DNA of 64,000 nt from a virus (taxonomy: Duplodnaviria; Caudoviricetes). The stretch spans positions 1 to 64,000 of IMG/VR virus record IMGVR_UViG_3300033463_000086; one strand, 5' to 3'. The notes under the pieces were generated by a model. It did no database searches. It saw nothing but the letters and a program-made list of their open reading frames with translations, and had not been told where the DNA came from. Below, piece after piece: positions 1-9,120 of the stretch. Positions within the stretch are counted from its first letter, which is position 1; each line of letters starts with the position of its first letter. A program made the position numbers and the translations under genes.

Positions 1-2
1 AT

Positions 3-2081
3 AACTGCACAATCCGTTTCCATAACGGTCTGTGCCTCATCAGCATCGAAGACCATGTTGCAGGTTATGTTGTTCGCACTGCCACAGGTACAGCTAACGG
101 CTCCATTTACTACGGCATGACCACTGACGCCAAAGAATATATCTCCGTTGATGCTTCTCTGAACGGACACCTGCTTGAAACGGATGAAGCTGTTATCACC
201 ATCAATAAGATGTTTGTCGGTAACGGTCAGGATGTTACTACCGTTGAAGGGGATATGACAATCAATGCCACATTCTCGATGGTTGAATGTACTGTGAAGC
301 CAATGAATATCTCCGGCACTGGTTCGCTTGCTCTTGCCAACGCCGTTCTTGATTTCACTGATGCCACAAGTGCTGAACCTATCGGACTTATGGATGGTGT
401 TAAGGTTGGTGCTAACGTTACGATTATTGACGGTGACGGTGCTGAAAAACATCTTGACCCACGCACATACGGCACAATCAAGAAAGACGGCACTACCGAA
501 GCCGCCAATTACGTTTACGGTTATGCTCAGGGTCTTACTCAGGCTACCGCGAACTATATTCCGATTGTGCTTTCCAATAACGTTATTAGTAAGGTTGATG
601 CGCTTGACGCCTCCAAGATGGCTTGCCATGAGCGTCGTGTTTGCGTTATGGACAACCTTTCTACTCGCCATATCAACTATTACCTGAATCCTGAGAACCT
701 GAACAAGAAACTTGACGGCGGTGATGCTGTTCTTGACGGTACTGACGGTGATGTTATGACGGAGTTCATGCCCAGCTACTTCCTGAGCATCCAGCTTACT
801 CCTCAGAACGATACCACACCGCGTAACTGCATCCTCATGTCTCGTTACCCCTTCACATTCACGGACAGCAATAACGTTGAACATGTTGCGGTTGTTCACG
901 ATTCGTTCAAGGTTTCCCCGGATGGTGCTACCGTTCGTCCTCAGTACATGGGCTACTATCAGGCTTCTACCATTACTGACAATGGAACAAAGAAGCTACG
1001 TTCTATCAGCTCCAAGAGTACAGCCTACATCTATCCTACCGTCAGCCTTAAACTTGGTCCTGTCGGTAGTGATGCTGATACTGCTGACAGTTTCCTGAAT
1101 CGTGCTATTGCCAATGGTGGTTCTGTTTGTAACGAACTGCATTATGAGTGGCTTTTCCATCTGTTTGTGTGCCAGAAGCTCACTGTTCATACACAGGACA
1201 CCACTAAGGGTTCTCTCGGTTTCGGCTGGGCAAGCACTACATCTTGGGGTAGCTTCTACCCTCGTGCTTGTGGTTATACCAATGAAACCGAAAACTTCTA
1301 CGGTGGTTCCACTTACGCAGACAGCCGTGATGCTGACATGGAAGCTATGTGGAACGGTAGCTGGATTAAGACTACTGAGGGTGGTGTTACTACTCAGTGG
1401 AACTCTGATGCGGCTGGTTGCACCGTTGTTACTGACCAGACAACTGGAAAGCGTAGCATTACTTGCAATCGTTGGAGAAGCGGTGCAAACCCGAATTGGG
1501 CTTATGTTTACACCAAAGCCTCTGACGGTATGCCAACCACTTCCACCAAACTTTATACGGATTCTGCTTGCACAACTGAATCCACCCTTACGATTTCCAG
1601 TGTCAATGCAGGTGCGGCTTACGCCAACCGTGTTACAGCTTGCAAATACTTCGTTGAGAATCCGTGGGGTAGCATTTGGCAGAACCTCGCTGGTCTCCTC
1701 CCGATTTGCACTGGTGATAACATTGGTTACTTCCGCACAACAAGTACGAACCGCTACAAAGAACTTCTCAAGGTTCCCATTAGTGAGGCTGGTACTTCTC
1801 GTGCCGCTTCTGAAGGTAATGCCGCTATTGATTGGGTTAGCTTCGCATGGCCCGCGACTTCAAACTGGGTCACTACGTGGAACATGGAGACCTTCTTGCC
1901 CACCAGTACAGGTACAAATGTAATGCAGGATTATTTCTATAATTCTACAACTGCAAGTCCTCGTGCTGGCTTCCGTGGCGGTTACGCGCTTAGCTACTCC
2001 CGCGACGGTCTCGGTTACGTGGACGTGAATACCGCTGTCGGTTATGCGGGCGTCACCATTGGGGCGCGGCTCTCTGCATAA
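3..2081 (+). CDS. Tail fibre / receptor-binding protein, DGR target with C-terminal CLec/FGE-like domain (5'-truncated by the window edge)
   Basis: The frame of ORF 117..2081 stays open back to position 3, so the true start lies outside the window. It has the C-terminal motif FVENPWGSIWQNLAG typical of DGR target domains, and the VR occupies its last ~40 codons. Confidence 0.85.
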   Translation, partial: NCTIRFHNGLCLISIEDHVAGYVVRTATGTANGSIYYGMTTDAKEYISVDASLNGHLLETDEAVITINKMFVGNGQDVTTVEGDMTINATFSMVECTVKPMNISGTGSLALANAVLDFTDATSAEPIGLMDGVKVGANVTIIDGDGAEKHLDPRTYGTIKKDGTTEAANYVYGYAQGLTQATANYIPIVLSNNVISKVDALDASKMACHERRVCVMDNLSTRHINYYLNPENLNKKLDGGDAVLDGTDGDVMTEFMPSYFLSIQLTPQNDTTPRNCILMSRYPFTFTDSNNVEHVAVVHDSFKVSPDGATVRPQYMGYYQASTITDNGTKKLRSISSKSTAYIYPTVSLKLGPVGSDADTADSFLNRAIANGGSVCNELHYEWLFHLFVCQKLTVHTQDTTKGSLGFGWASTTSWGSFYPRACGYTNETENFYGGSTYADSRDADMEAMWNGSWIKTTEGGVTTQWNSDAAGCTVVTDQTTGKRSITCNRWRSGANPNWAYVYTKASDGMPTTSTKLYTDSACTTESTLTISSVNAGAAYANRVTACKYFVENPWGSIWQNLAGLLPICTGDNIGYFRTTSTNRYKELLKVPISEAGTSRAASEGNAAIDWVSFAWPATSNWVTTWNMETFLPTSTGTNVMQDYFYNSTTASPRAGFRGGYALSYSRDGLGYVDVNTAVGYAGVTIGARLSA
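1958..2079 (+). repeat. DGR variable repeat (VR)
   Basis: 122-bp ungapped copy of 2292..2413 with 15 mismatches, every one opposite an A in the TR (6 A>T, 5 A>G, 4 A>C). Ends at the stop codon of the target gene. Confidence 0.97.
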
Positions 2082-2291
2082 CACCAATGCGGAGAAGGGA
2101 ACGGTAAACGGTAACTAAAACGAAAACGAGTGAACGATGAACGTAGAGACGGACACGAGGACGAGGGGCGGTAAGTGGCAGGGAGGCTTTATGCCGACCG
2201 TAACGATAGCCCCCATCCTCGCCCGGCTCATTTGCATAGTTTTTAATCTTAGTATAAAATGTACTAAGGTGGGGTATATTGTGGTAGGCTT

Positions 2292-2413
2292 TCCTCGTGC
2301 TGGCATCCGTGGCGGTAACGCGAATAACAACTCCAACGACGGTCTCGGTTACGTGAACGTGAATAACGCTGTCGGTAATGCGAACGACAACATTGGGGCG
2401 CGGCTCTCTGCAT
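2292..2413 (+). repeat. DGR template repeat (TR)
   Basis: AAC/AAT-rich copy of the VR (offset 334 bp) with the AAY codons in frame with the target. Lies immediately upstream of the RT gene. Confidence 0.97.
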
Positions 2414-2561
2414 TTCTCTACAACTCTAAGAGAAGTAGAAATGACACAGTATATTCCCATCACCGGACAGTAGGTGGCATAATGGACCGAATAGGAGTTA
2501 GTAAATTATCGTATGATAAAGCTGAAAGCTCTCGGTTAAAAATGCAGACTGAGGTGTTCAT

Positions 2562-3590
2562 ATGAAACGTATTCACGACATTTTCCCATTACTTACTTCT
2601 TACCGTGTTATGTACCTTGCGTATAAGAAGCTGAAAGCAAACAGCGATAAGAGACACATGAGAAGAGTAATCAGGTTTGAAAAGAACTTGGTGCTTAATC
2701 TCCTGTCCTTATGTTTCCGGCTTAAAGCTCAGACGTGGACTATGGGTCACTATAAGCACATGTTCCGACCTGAGTGTGGCAAAATGCGCGAGATTTGGTA
2801 TTCTTCAAACTTTGGTAGCCTTGTTGTTCAGTGTGCAATCGGAATGACGCTTGGCTATCTGCTGAATAAAAGCCTGATTGACGATACTTATGCAGGTATT
2901 CCCGGAAAATCAATGCACAAGGGAATCCGTAGAATGTTCAGGAAGATAAAGAGCTACGGAGACAGACCAATTTTCGTGTATAAACTTGACATGAAGCAGT
3001 TCTACGCCTCTATCGACCATGAGTTGCTGAAGAAGGCTTTGGCTCGTAAAATCAAAGACAAACGCGCATTGGCTCTACTTTACAACATTATTGATAACTG
3101 CCCACTCAAAGTAGGGTTGCCCATCGGTAATCTGCTTTCTCCTATCTTTGCCAATTTCTACCTCAGTACATTGGACAGGATGGTGAAAGACAACCACTTT
3201 GATTATTACAGATACAATGATGATATTGTGGCGTTCTGCGATTCCAAAGACAGGCTTCACGGATTGAAAGATATGATTCACGCCAAAGCCGCTGAATTGC
3301 ATCTGACAATCAAGAAGTCGGAGCAGATATTTCCAATCGAGCGTTTTGGTATTGATTTGATGGGCTACGTTGTGCAAAGAAAACGAGTGATTGTCAGGCG
3401 TAGAATCGAAAAACACGTCAGACGTAATGCTCGTAAATTCCACCTCCACCCAACTCATCATCGTGCAAGAAGTCTGTCCTCTCAATGGGGTTACTTCAAG
3501 CGTGTAAAATCCGGTGAGAATTTCTGGGTTAGACATATCGGTTGTAAGATTGAACAATTTAACGATTTACAGGTTGCGCTATGCGGTTAG
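2562..3590 (+). CDS. DGR reverse transcriptase
   Basis: RT motifs KLDMKQFYASIDH, GLPIGNLLSPIFANFYL, YRYNDDIV and IDLMGY; 342 aa; adjacent to the TR/VR pair. Confidence 0.95.
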   Translation: MKRIHDIFPLLTSYRVMYLAYKKLKANSDKRHMRRVIRFEKNLVLNLLSLCFRLKAQTWTMGHYKHMFRPECGKMREIWYSSNFGSLVVQCAIGMTLGYLLNKSLIDDTYAGIPGKSMHKGIRRMFRKIKSYGDRPIFVYKLDMKQFYASIDHELLKKALARKIKDKRALALLYNIIDNCPLKVGLPIGNLLSPIFANFYLSTLDRMVKDNHFDYYRYNDDIVAFCDSKDRLHGLKDMIHAKAAELHLTIKKSEQIFPIERFGIDLMGYVVQRKRVIVRRRIEKHVRRNARKFHLHPTHHRARSLSSQWGYFKRVKSGENFWVRHIGCKIEQFNDLQVALCG

Positions 3591-4012
3591 AAGATATTCC
3601 TTGTATTGCTGATTTTGCTCCAAATAGAACGGTTCTTGAAGGGCGTAAAACAAAGATAAGTGAAATTGTGAACTTGCCTCTTGTTTTCACTGGCTGGACA
3701 TTTACGGAATCCAAATTTCAGGACAATAAACGTAAGAAAGCGAAGAAAGAAGATGAAGAGGAGCAGGTAGAAGTCATTGATTTCGAGGATGTTAAGGAGG
3801 ACAGGAAGAGCGAAGAACCTGACGTACCGAAACCGAAACGCGAATGTCTGACACTCCAATTTGAAAAAGACGGTGAGCTTCGTGTCCTCTTTACTTCTTC
3901 ATCCGTTTTAATTCAGCAACTAAAGGATTTCATCGAAGCAAAACCTGACGCAACAAAGTTCAGAGCTTGCATCCAACACATTGACAATCGTTTCTATAAA
4001 TTTTCCACATAA
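3581..4012 (+). CDS. Candidate DGR accessory protein (not recognisably Avd)
   Basis: Overlaps the RT stop by 10 bp; 143 aa with a central Lys/Glu-rich low-complexity insert. Role inferred from position. Confidence 0.5.
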   Translation: MRLEDIPCIADFAPNRTVLEGRKTKISEIVNLPLVFTGWTFTESKFQDNKRKKAKKEDEEEQVEVIDFEDVKEDRKSEEPDVPKPKRECLTLQFEKDGELRVLFTSSSVLIQQLKDFIEAKPDATKFRACIQHIDNRFYKFST

Positions 4013-4024
4013 GGAGGATATGAC

Positions 4025-4426
4025 ATGAAAACTTATACATTTGAAGGCGTTACCTACACCGAACTTCCAAAGAAGCTGAAACTCTCCAATGGTGATACTG
4101 TTTCTCCGGTGACTGAGTTTATCTTTCAGTCTCTTGGCGGTGTAATCAATGATGACGGACAGCCTACACCAGTTGAGGCATTTAAGGATGGTATCGAAAC
4201 ATACCTTGAAACACTTGAAGCTCAGATGACGGAACTTGGTCTGCATATCACAGTTGCCGAGTTCAAAGAAGCGGCTCGTACCAAACTTTCCACTGACCTG
4301 ATTGCTTGGGCAAAAGGTAAGAGTGTGCCTGACGAAGTGATTGACGTTGCCAGACAAAAGATAATCGAGCTGACTGCTGATGGTAGTCGTCTCGGTCTTA
4401 CTTGGAACGACCTGTTTGCGGATTGA
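4025..4426 (+). CDS. Hypothetical protein (tail-associated region)
   Basis: 133-aa ORF with an AAGGAG ribosome-binding site upstream. Confidence 0.7.
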   Translation: MKTYTFEGVTYTELPKKLKLSNGDTVSPVTEFIFQSLGGVINDDGQPTPVEAFKDGIETYLETLEAQMTELGLHITVAEFKEAARTKLSTDLIAWAKGKSVPDEVIDVARQKIIELTADGSRLGLTWNDLFAD

Positions 4427-4441
4427 TGAGGAGGTAAAGAG

Positions 4442-4882
4442 ATGACATATAGCGAAGTCAAACAACTGAGACGGATGGCTGTTGAGGCTGGTCTTGATGG
4501 TGCGAATAAGCTGAAACGTTATTCCATTGAGGACTTGAAGAAGATTTACAACGGAATCGGTTCTGACAGTTTCCCTGAATGGTTACGTGCTGTTATCTCT
4601 TATCTGCACCCAACACTCGGTCCTGTTGCCATGATTCACGATGTTGAGTGGCATAAATCAGACGGAAAGATGGCTACGTTTACAGCTTCAAATGACCGCT
4701 TCAAGGCAAACGGATATAAGATTGCAAAGTATCGGTACTGCTTATTGGACCCACGGCGTTATATCGTTATGCATCAGGCGCGTAAATTTGCAAACGTGTG
4801 TCAGCTTTTCGGTTGGTCTGCATGGACATCTCCTTGTGAATGTGCTATTTGCAGAGCTAAAAGGAAGGGGAAGGCAAAATGA
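4442..4882 (+). CDS. Hypothetical phage protein with NGIG...IHD motif (possible His-Asp hydrolase)
   Basis: 146 aa with a GAGGAGG RBS; motif YNGIGSD...VAMIHDVEWH. Confidence 0.45.
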   Translation: MTYSEVKQLRRMAVEAGLDGANKLKRYSIEDLKKIYNGIGSDSFPEWLRAVISYLHPTLGPVAMIHDVEWHKSDGKMATFTASNDRFKANGYKIAKYRYCLLDPRRYIVMHQARKFANVCQLFGWSAWTSPCECAICRAKRKGKAK

Positions 4883-5154
4883 CACAAACAGAGCAAAAAA
4901 TCATGGACATTTTGCTTGACATTCAGAGTAAGGTATCAAACATGAGTGCCAAGGTCCAAAACGATTACTTAGCTCTTCATGGTAACGGCAAACCCGGTCT
5001 TCTGAAAGAGGTTGAGGAGCTTACCAAGAGGGTCGTAGCAATCGAAGTCAAAGATTCCACAAACCATACAGCCGCAGGTAAAGTGGCTGTTATACTCGGT
5101 TGGCTGATTACTACTATCATAGCGTTAGCCGCCTTATTCAAACCCATCGTGTGA
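4879..5154 (+). CDS. Holin-like small membrane protein
   Basis: 91 aa with a coiled-coil N-terminus and one C-terminal hydrophobic helix (VAVILGWLITTIIALAALF); ATGA overlap with the previous gene. Confidence 0.5.
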   Translation: MTQTEQKIMDILLDIQSKVSNMSAKVQNDYLALHGNGKPGLLKEVEELTKRVVAIEVKDSTNHTAAGKVAVILGWLITTIIALAALFKPIV

Positions 5155-5155
5155 G

Positions 5156-5785
5156 GTGAAAATGCCCGGTTTAATGATTTGGTGTACGTGTGCCGAAAAT
5201 AACAAAGAAGTCTACCTGAAACGTGTAGCCCATTGGTACGAACAGGTAAGGTCTATTTTCGGTAAATTCAACCCGGATTATTATGTCTTCGTTGACGGAA
5301 CTATAACGGAAGACGATATAGTTAGGGCTGACCTGTCTTTGGTGAATGTGAAATTTGTAAACCAGACACCTAAGCTGGGTCGTGCGAATGTAGCCGTGTT
5401 TCAGGGGTGGAAGCGTTCATTGAAAACTGCCCTTGAGTACGGAAGAGCATACAAATACATCATTCATATCGAGAATGACGTCAAAATCCTTCACACGGAT
5501 AAGATATTCAAATATATGAAAGAACCCGGAGTTTACATGGGGGTATGCAGAAAGTATGGATTCCCTGAAACTGCATTTATGATTCTGAACGACCAAGAAG
5601 TTAATGCGGAAATAGTCAGACATTATGCAAATGAATCGAATCTGTACGAACTTGCTATCGCTGAACATGTTATTGGCAGAATCGCAAACGGTAAATGCCA
5701 TTATGTGTTCAAGACCGACCGTTTAGAAGACCCCGGACGTTTTAATCCAGACTACGATTACGTTTGTCAATACCAATACACCTAA
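5156..5785 (+). CDS. Putative GT-A fold glycosyltransferase
   Basis: YYVFVDG strand and YIIHIENDVKI (ExD metal motif); size fits a single GT-A domain. Confidence 0.5.
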   Translation: MKMPGLMIWCTCAENNKEVYLKRVAHWYEQVRSIFGKFNPDYYVFVDGTITEDDIVRADLSLVNVKFVNQTPKLGRANVAVFQGWKRSLKTALEYGRAYKYIIHIENDVKILHTDKIFKYMKEPGVYMGVCRKYGFPETAFMILNDQEVNAEIVRHYANESNLYELAIAEHVIGRIANGKCHYVFKTDRLEDPGRFNPDYDYVCQYQYT

Positions 5786-5802
5786 CATAAGGAGATAGAA
5801 GT

Positions 5803-6156
5803 ATGAAGAAACTTATTACAATCCTCGCTTTCGCCCTCACTTTCATGGTCACTTCCTGTGGTCATAACGCCATCCAGTTTTCAAAAGGAATCGGCTTTGA
5901 TGCTGGATTTGACCCAGAACACATGACTGCACGTGTCAATCTTCGTTACGGTGAGATTCTTTCTGTTGCTTGCCGTGATAACATTGAGGTTGAGGTTGCT
6001 ACTGGTGTGAAAGGCGGTCAGGAACAGGCTCAGGCATCCACAGAAACAGATTCCTCGCTTAAAATCAAAATCGGTCAGCAGATTAATGGTTACTTTGTTG
6101 AAGCCATTGAAGCTGGCGCAGATGCCAAAGACCTCATTCAGAAGCCGACCGAATAA
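5803..6156 (+). CDS. Lipoprotein (possible spanin-type lysis component)
   Basis: Signal peptide MKKLITILAFALTFMVTS followed by a lipobox-like Cys; AAGGAG RBS. Confidence 0.6.
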   Translation: MKKLITILAFALTFMVTSCGHNAIQFSKGIGFDAGFDPEHMTARVNLRYGEILSVACRDNIEVEVATGVKGGQEQAQASTETDSSLKIKIGQQINGYFVEAIEAGADAKDLIQKPTE

Positions 6157-6190
6157 CAGACCCCAACTCCTCCTTGGGTTTACATAAAGT

Positions 6191-6222
6191 GAGGCTCTCA
6201 GGTGTGGTTCCCTGAGAGCCTC
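6191..6222. terminator. Bidirectional intrinsic terminator
   Basis: Perfect 12-bp stem GAGGCTCTCAGG/CCTGAGAGCCTC flanked by A- and T-rich tracts, between convergent gene blocks. Confidence 0.85.
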
Positions 6223-6233
6223 TTTATTTATGC

Positions 6234-6938
6234 TTAAAGAATTGCACCCGGTACAAATTCTTCGGAATCAAAGCATTTAGCTTCTGTAAATCCGTAGTTT
6301 GCACCGTGAGCCGCAATCATAATTATTTGAATACCAAGCGTTTTTGACAGATATTCAAGTAATTTGCCAACCATAGGCTGATAGTTGGTACTCACAGCTC
6401 CGGCAGGTTCATCGAGGATTAGGGTACGCCTCAATTTCCTTTTATCCATACAGAGAACAGCAACACGCAGGGCTATGGCAACCATATCTGCAATACCGTC
6501 TCCGTTCTGGCTCCGAATGTCAAATATTTCCTCGCCCTTGTAAAGATACATGGAACAGGACATATTACCGTACTTGACATTGAAATCGAGAACAAACTTA
6601 TAATCCGAATCGAAAACGAACTTCAAGGTATCTGTTACGATTTTGCTCACATTCACACTAATCGTTTCAAGCGTGTAAGTGGCTGTTTCCTTGACGTAAG
6701 CCTGTAATGCCAGTGCAAGGTCGTATTCCAGATTAAGTGCCTTCAAATCGCCTTCGTAGCGGCTTAATGCTGATTTTGCCTTATCACGGTTGTACGAGGC
6801 AATATCAATATAGTGTTGCATGTCTTTTATCGTCATATCAGACACCTTCGAGGAACTTGGAATACTTCTCTTGGAACTTGGCGAGACCTTCATCGAGTTC
6901 CTGTTGTTTCCTGTTGAGTTCCGCTGTGACTTCCTCAA
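6234..6938 (-). CDS. sbcC: SbcC/Rad50-like ATPase, C-terminal half
   Basis: Coiled coil, then ABC signature-like SQNGDG, Walker B LILDEP and H-loop IAAHG. No Walker A. Confidence 0.8.
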   Translation of the reverse strand: MRKSQRNSTGNNRNSMKVSPSSKRSIPSSSKVSDMTIKDMQHYIDIASYNRDKAKSALSRYEGDLKALNLEYDLALALQAYVKETATYTLETISVNVSKIVTDTLKFVFDSDYKFVLDFNVKYGNMSCSMYLYKGEEIFDIRSQNGDGIADMVAIALRVAVLCMDKRKLRRTLILDEPAGAVSTNYQPMVGKLLEYLSKTLGIQIIMIAAHGANYGFTEAKCFDSEEFVPGAIL

Positions 6939-7107
6939 TGGACAGCTTGATTGCCTGAGCCAAATCGTTACCTGCTTTGACCTTTTCGGCTATACGTGGA
7001 TTCTGCATAGCCTGTTCCTTCAAAGCTGACATTTTACCTAAAGCCTTGTTGTACTGTGACTTGGCTTCTTCTATTTTGGATTTGTATTCGGAGATTGAGT
7101 TATTCAT
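6838..7107 (-). CDS. Small coiled-coil protein
   Basis: 89-aa helical ORF overlapping both neighbours. Confidence 0.55.
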   Translation of the reverse strand: MNNSISEYKSKIEEAKSQYNKALGKMSALKEQAMQNPRIAEKVKAGNDLAQAIKLSIEEVTAELNRKQQELDEGLAKFQEKYSKFLEGV

Positions 7108-8053
7108 ACATCGCCTCGAACATGGTTAAAAGTTTGTCGTGGTTTGGGTCGTTTGCAATAATGTGCTTGAAGTTGTCTTTGAAGCTAAGGGAAAGCTCAA
7201 AGCTATCGTCAATCGTGTTCATCATGCCGCTTATCTTGGCGTAGAGTGCTTTCTTCTCGTCAATATGTTCGCGGTGAATGTCGTAGGTCAAAGGCAACGG
7301 ATAATCTTCAACGTTCAGGATTAGGTTGCTGTCCATGTCGTATTCAATAATCGTAGCCTTTGGCTTGTAGTCGATTTGGTCGGCGCGTAATCTGAAAACC
7401 GAACCACAGTTGATACAGGCTATGCCGTTAATCTCCTGTGAGAACGGTTTATGATAGTCGCCGGAAATAATCAACCGTGTATTCTCTGACGTACAGTTCT
7501 TGACAAACCATTCGATGTTGTTTTCTTCCTTGGCTTCATCAAACGGTTTATCCTTATAGTACATCCCTTTGTGCATGACAATAATGGGTCTGCCGTTCTT
7601 TTTAACAGTACCGTCATGCAAATCATCGGAATAGTACACAGGATAATACAAACCCTGATTCTTGTCAAGGTGTCTGAATACCCCCATGTTTGCCATAAGC
7701 GTGTAGGGAGAACGTTTCAGTTCGTCAGGATTACCACCCATGCTGTCGTGGTTTCCGGGTATGCAAATAAGGTTGCCAACACGATTAATGCCATTAGCTC
7801 CTCTACAAGCATTATTGAGCTGGCTTAACCAACCTGCACATTGAATAAGAAACTGCATTGTGTTTGTACGCCAAGAATCAAAAATGTCTCCGGCGATTAC
7901 AATATGATTCACGTGCTGTTTCTTTGCCAATGTAGCGATAAACTGGATTTTATTGTCAATTGTTGCAATCCAATCTTCCTGTTCATCGCGGCACTCAGGC
8001 TTGTTTTCCTTTAAGTGCAGGTCAGCCAAAGCAAGGATTTTATGGATTCTCAT
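7100..8053 (-). CDS. sbcD: SbcD/Mre11-like metallophosphoesterase nuclease
   Basis: Calcineurin-like motifs ADLH, AGDIFD, PGNHD, MH, GDYH and NCGS. Confidence 0.88.
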   Translation of the reverse strand: MRIHKILALADLHLKENKPECRDEQEDWIATIDNKIQFIATLAKKQHVNHIVIAGDIFDSWRTNTMQFLIQCAGWLSQLNNACRGANGINRVGNLICIPGNHDSMGGNPDELKRSPYTLMANMGVFRHLDKNQGLYYPVYYSDDLHDGTVKKNGRPIIVMHKGMYYKDKPFDEAKEENNIEWFVKNCTSENTRLIISGDYHKPFSQEINGIACINCGSVFRLRADQIDYKPKATIIEYDMDSNLILNVEDYPLPLTYDIHREHIDEKKALYAKISGMMNTIDDSFELSLSFKDNFKHIIANDPNHDKLLTMFEAMYE

Positions 8054-9120
8054 ACTTCACCTATAACCTGTCCGCAAGTTGGGCAAACAGTACCGACCAG
8101 AGCATGAAGTTTGTCCTCGTACTCTTTATACATGTTCTTTGCCTGTTTTCCTTGCTGAACCAATGTTTTGAATGTGGATTGTTCGGCTTGCAGTTCGTTG
8201 AGGTTTTGACGGTACTCAACAATGTCGTGCTGAATACGGCTGAGTGAGATAATGTCAGATTCAGCCTCAGTGATGTTATTGTTCTGCAACTTGACAACAA
8301 CATCCTTGAGCTGGCTTCTCAACAGTCTGATTTCGTACAGCTCGTTATACTGCTCATCCGCAACCTGTTTGAGTTGTTCCAGTACACACAGGTCTTTATC
8401 TGCATCGGCGTAGCGTTCATAACCAGCCATAGCACGTTGAATCCAAAACAGCTTGTCTTTGTACTCGGTGATTGCTCTTAGTTCTTCTTGCAATTTAACG
8501 CAAACATCACGGTCGGCAGTATATGCTTTCAGCAGTCCAGCCGCCATGTCAACATCAGCGTAAAAGGCAAGCTCTTCTTTAGCCTTTGAGATACAGACTT
8601 TGAGTTTCTCCACATTATCGGCAGTCTGTTTGACATAGCGATTTGTGTTTGACGTAACAGTCTGAATCTCATTAAGGTCAAGCATCGTACTGAACTGTTC
8701 CGCTGTTTCAGAGCCTTTGTAGTAGACCATAAACGGCAAATCTCGTCTGTCCTGAATTGAGATAGCGTCCATGTTCACCAGTAATGCAATATCACCGGGT
8801 ACACTGGTTCTGAATGACTTATACAGATTATCATTCAACTTGTAGGTATTGCTTGAGGCACTGTACGACCTCTCAATTACATTACCATCAATCGTTGCTG
8901 ATACGGTGCATTTCTGAGTGCCGTGTTTGACGAGTTTGCTTGAATCCCCGTCATTCATCAACACCCACTTCAACCCACGGAATATGGCTGTCTTACCTGA
9001 ATCCGTAGGTCCTGTGATAACGTTGACACCTTCAATGAAGTTCAACGTAATGTTCTCGTGTTTCTGTAGATTGGTAGCTTTTAATTGCTCAATCATCGAA
9101 ACCTCCTGTATTGTTCTCAA
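8050..9120 (-). CDS. sbcC: SbcC/Rad50-like ATPase, N-terminal half
   Basis: Walker A GPTDSGKT, Q-loop SIQD, coiled coil, ending at the zinc-hook motif CPTCG. Confidence 0.85.
   Translation of the reverse strand: MRTIQEVSMIEQLKATNLQKHENITLNFIEGVNVITGPTDSGKTAIFRGLKWVLMNDGDSSKLVKHGTQKCTVSATIDGNVIERSYSASSNTYKLNDNLYKSFRTSVPGDIALLVNMDAISIQDRRDLPFMVYYKGSETAEQFSTMLDLNEIQTVTSNTNRYVKQTADNVEKLKVCISKAKEELAFYADVDMAAGLLKAYTADRDVCVKLQEELRAITEYKDKLFWIQRAMAGYERYADADKDLCVLEQLKQVADEQYNELYEIRLLRSQLKDVVVKLQNNNITEAESDIISLSRIQHDIVEYRQNLNELQAEQSTFKTLVQQGKQAKNMYKEYEDKLHALVGTVCPTCGQVIGEV

Larger units (their letters stand above)
1958..4012 (+). mobile_element. Diversity-generating retroelement cassette (VR-TR-RT-accessory ORF)
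   Basis: Adenine-specific TR/VR divergence plus RT, with a downstream ORF overlapping the RT stop. Confidence 0.93.

Noticed and set aside
2562-3590. Retron, group II intron or Abi-type RT
   Set aside because: The adenine-specific TR/VR pair identifies it as a DGR; there is no maturase/endonuclease domain or msr-msd arrangement.
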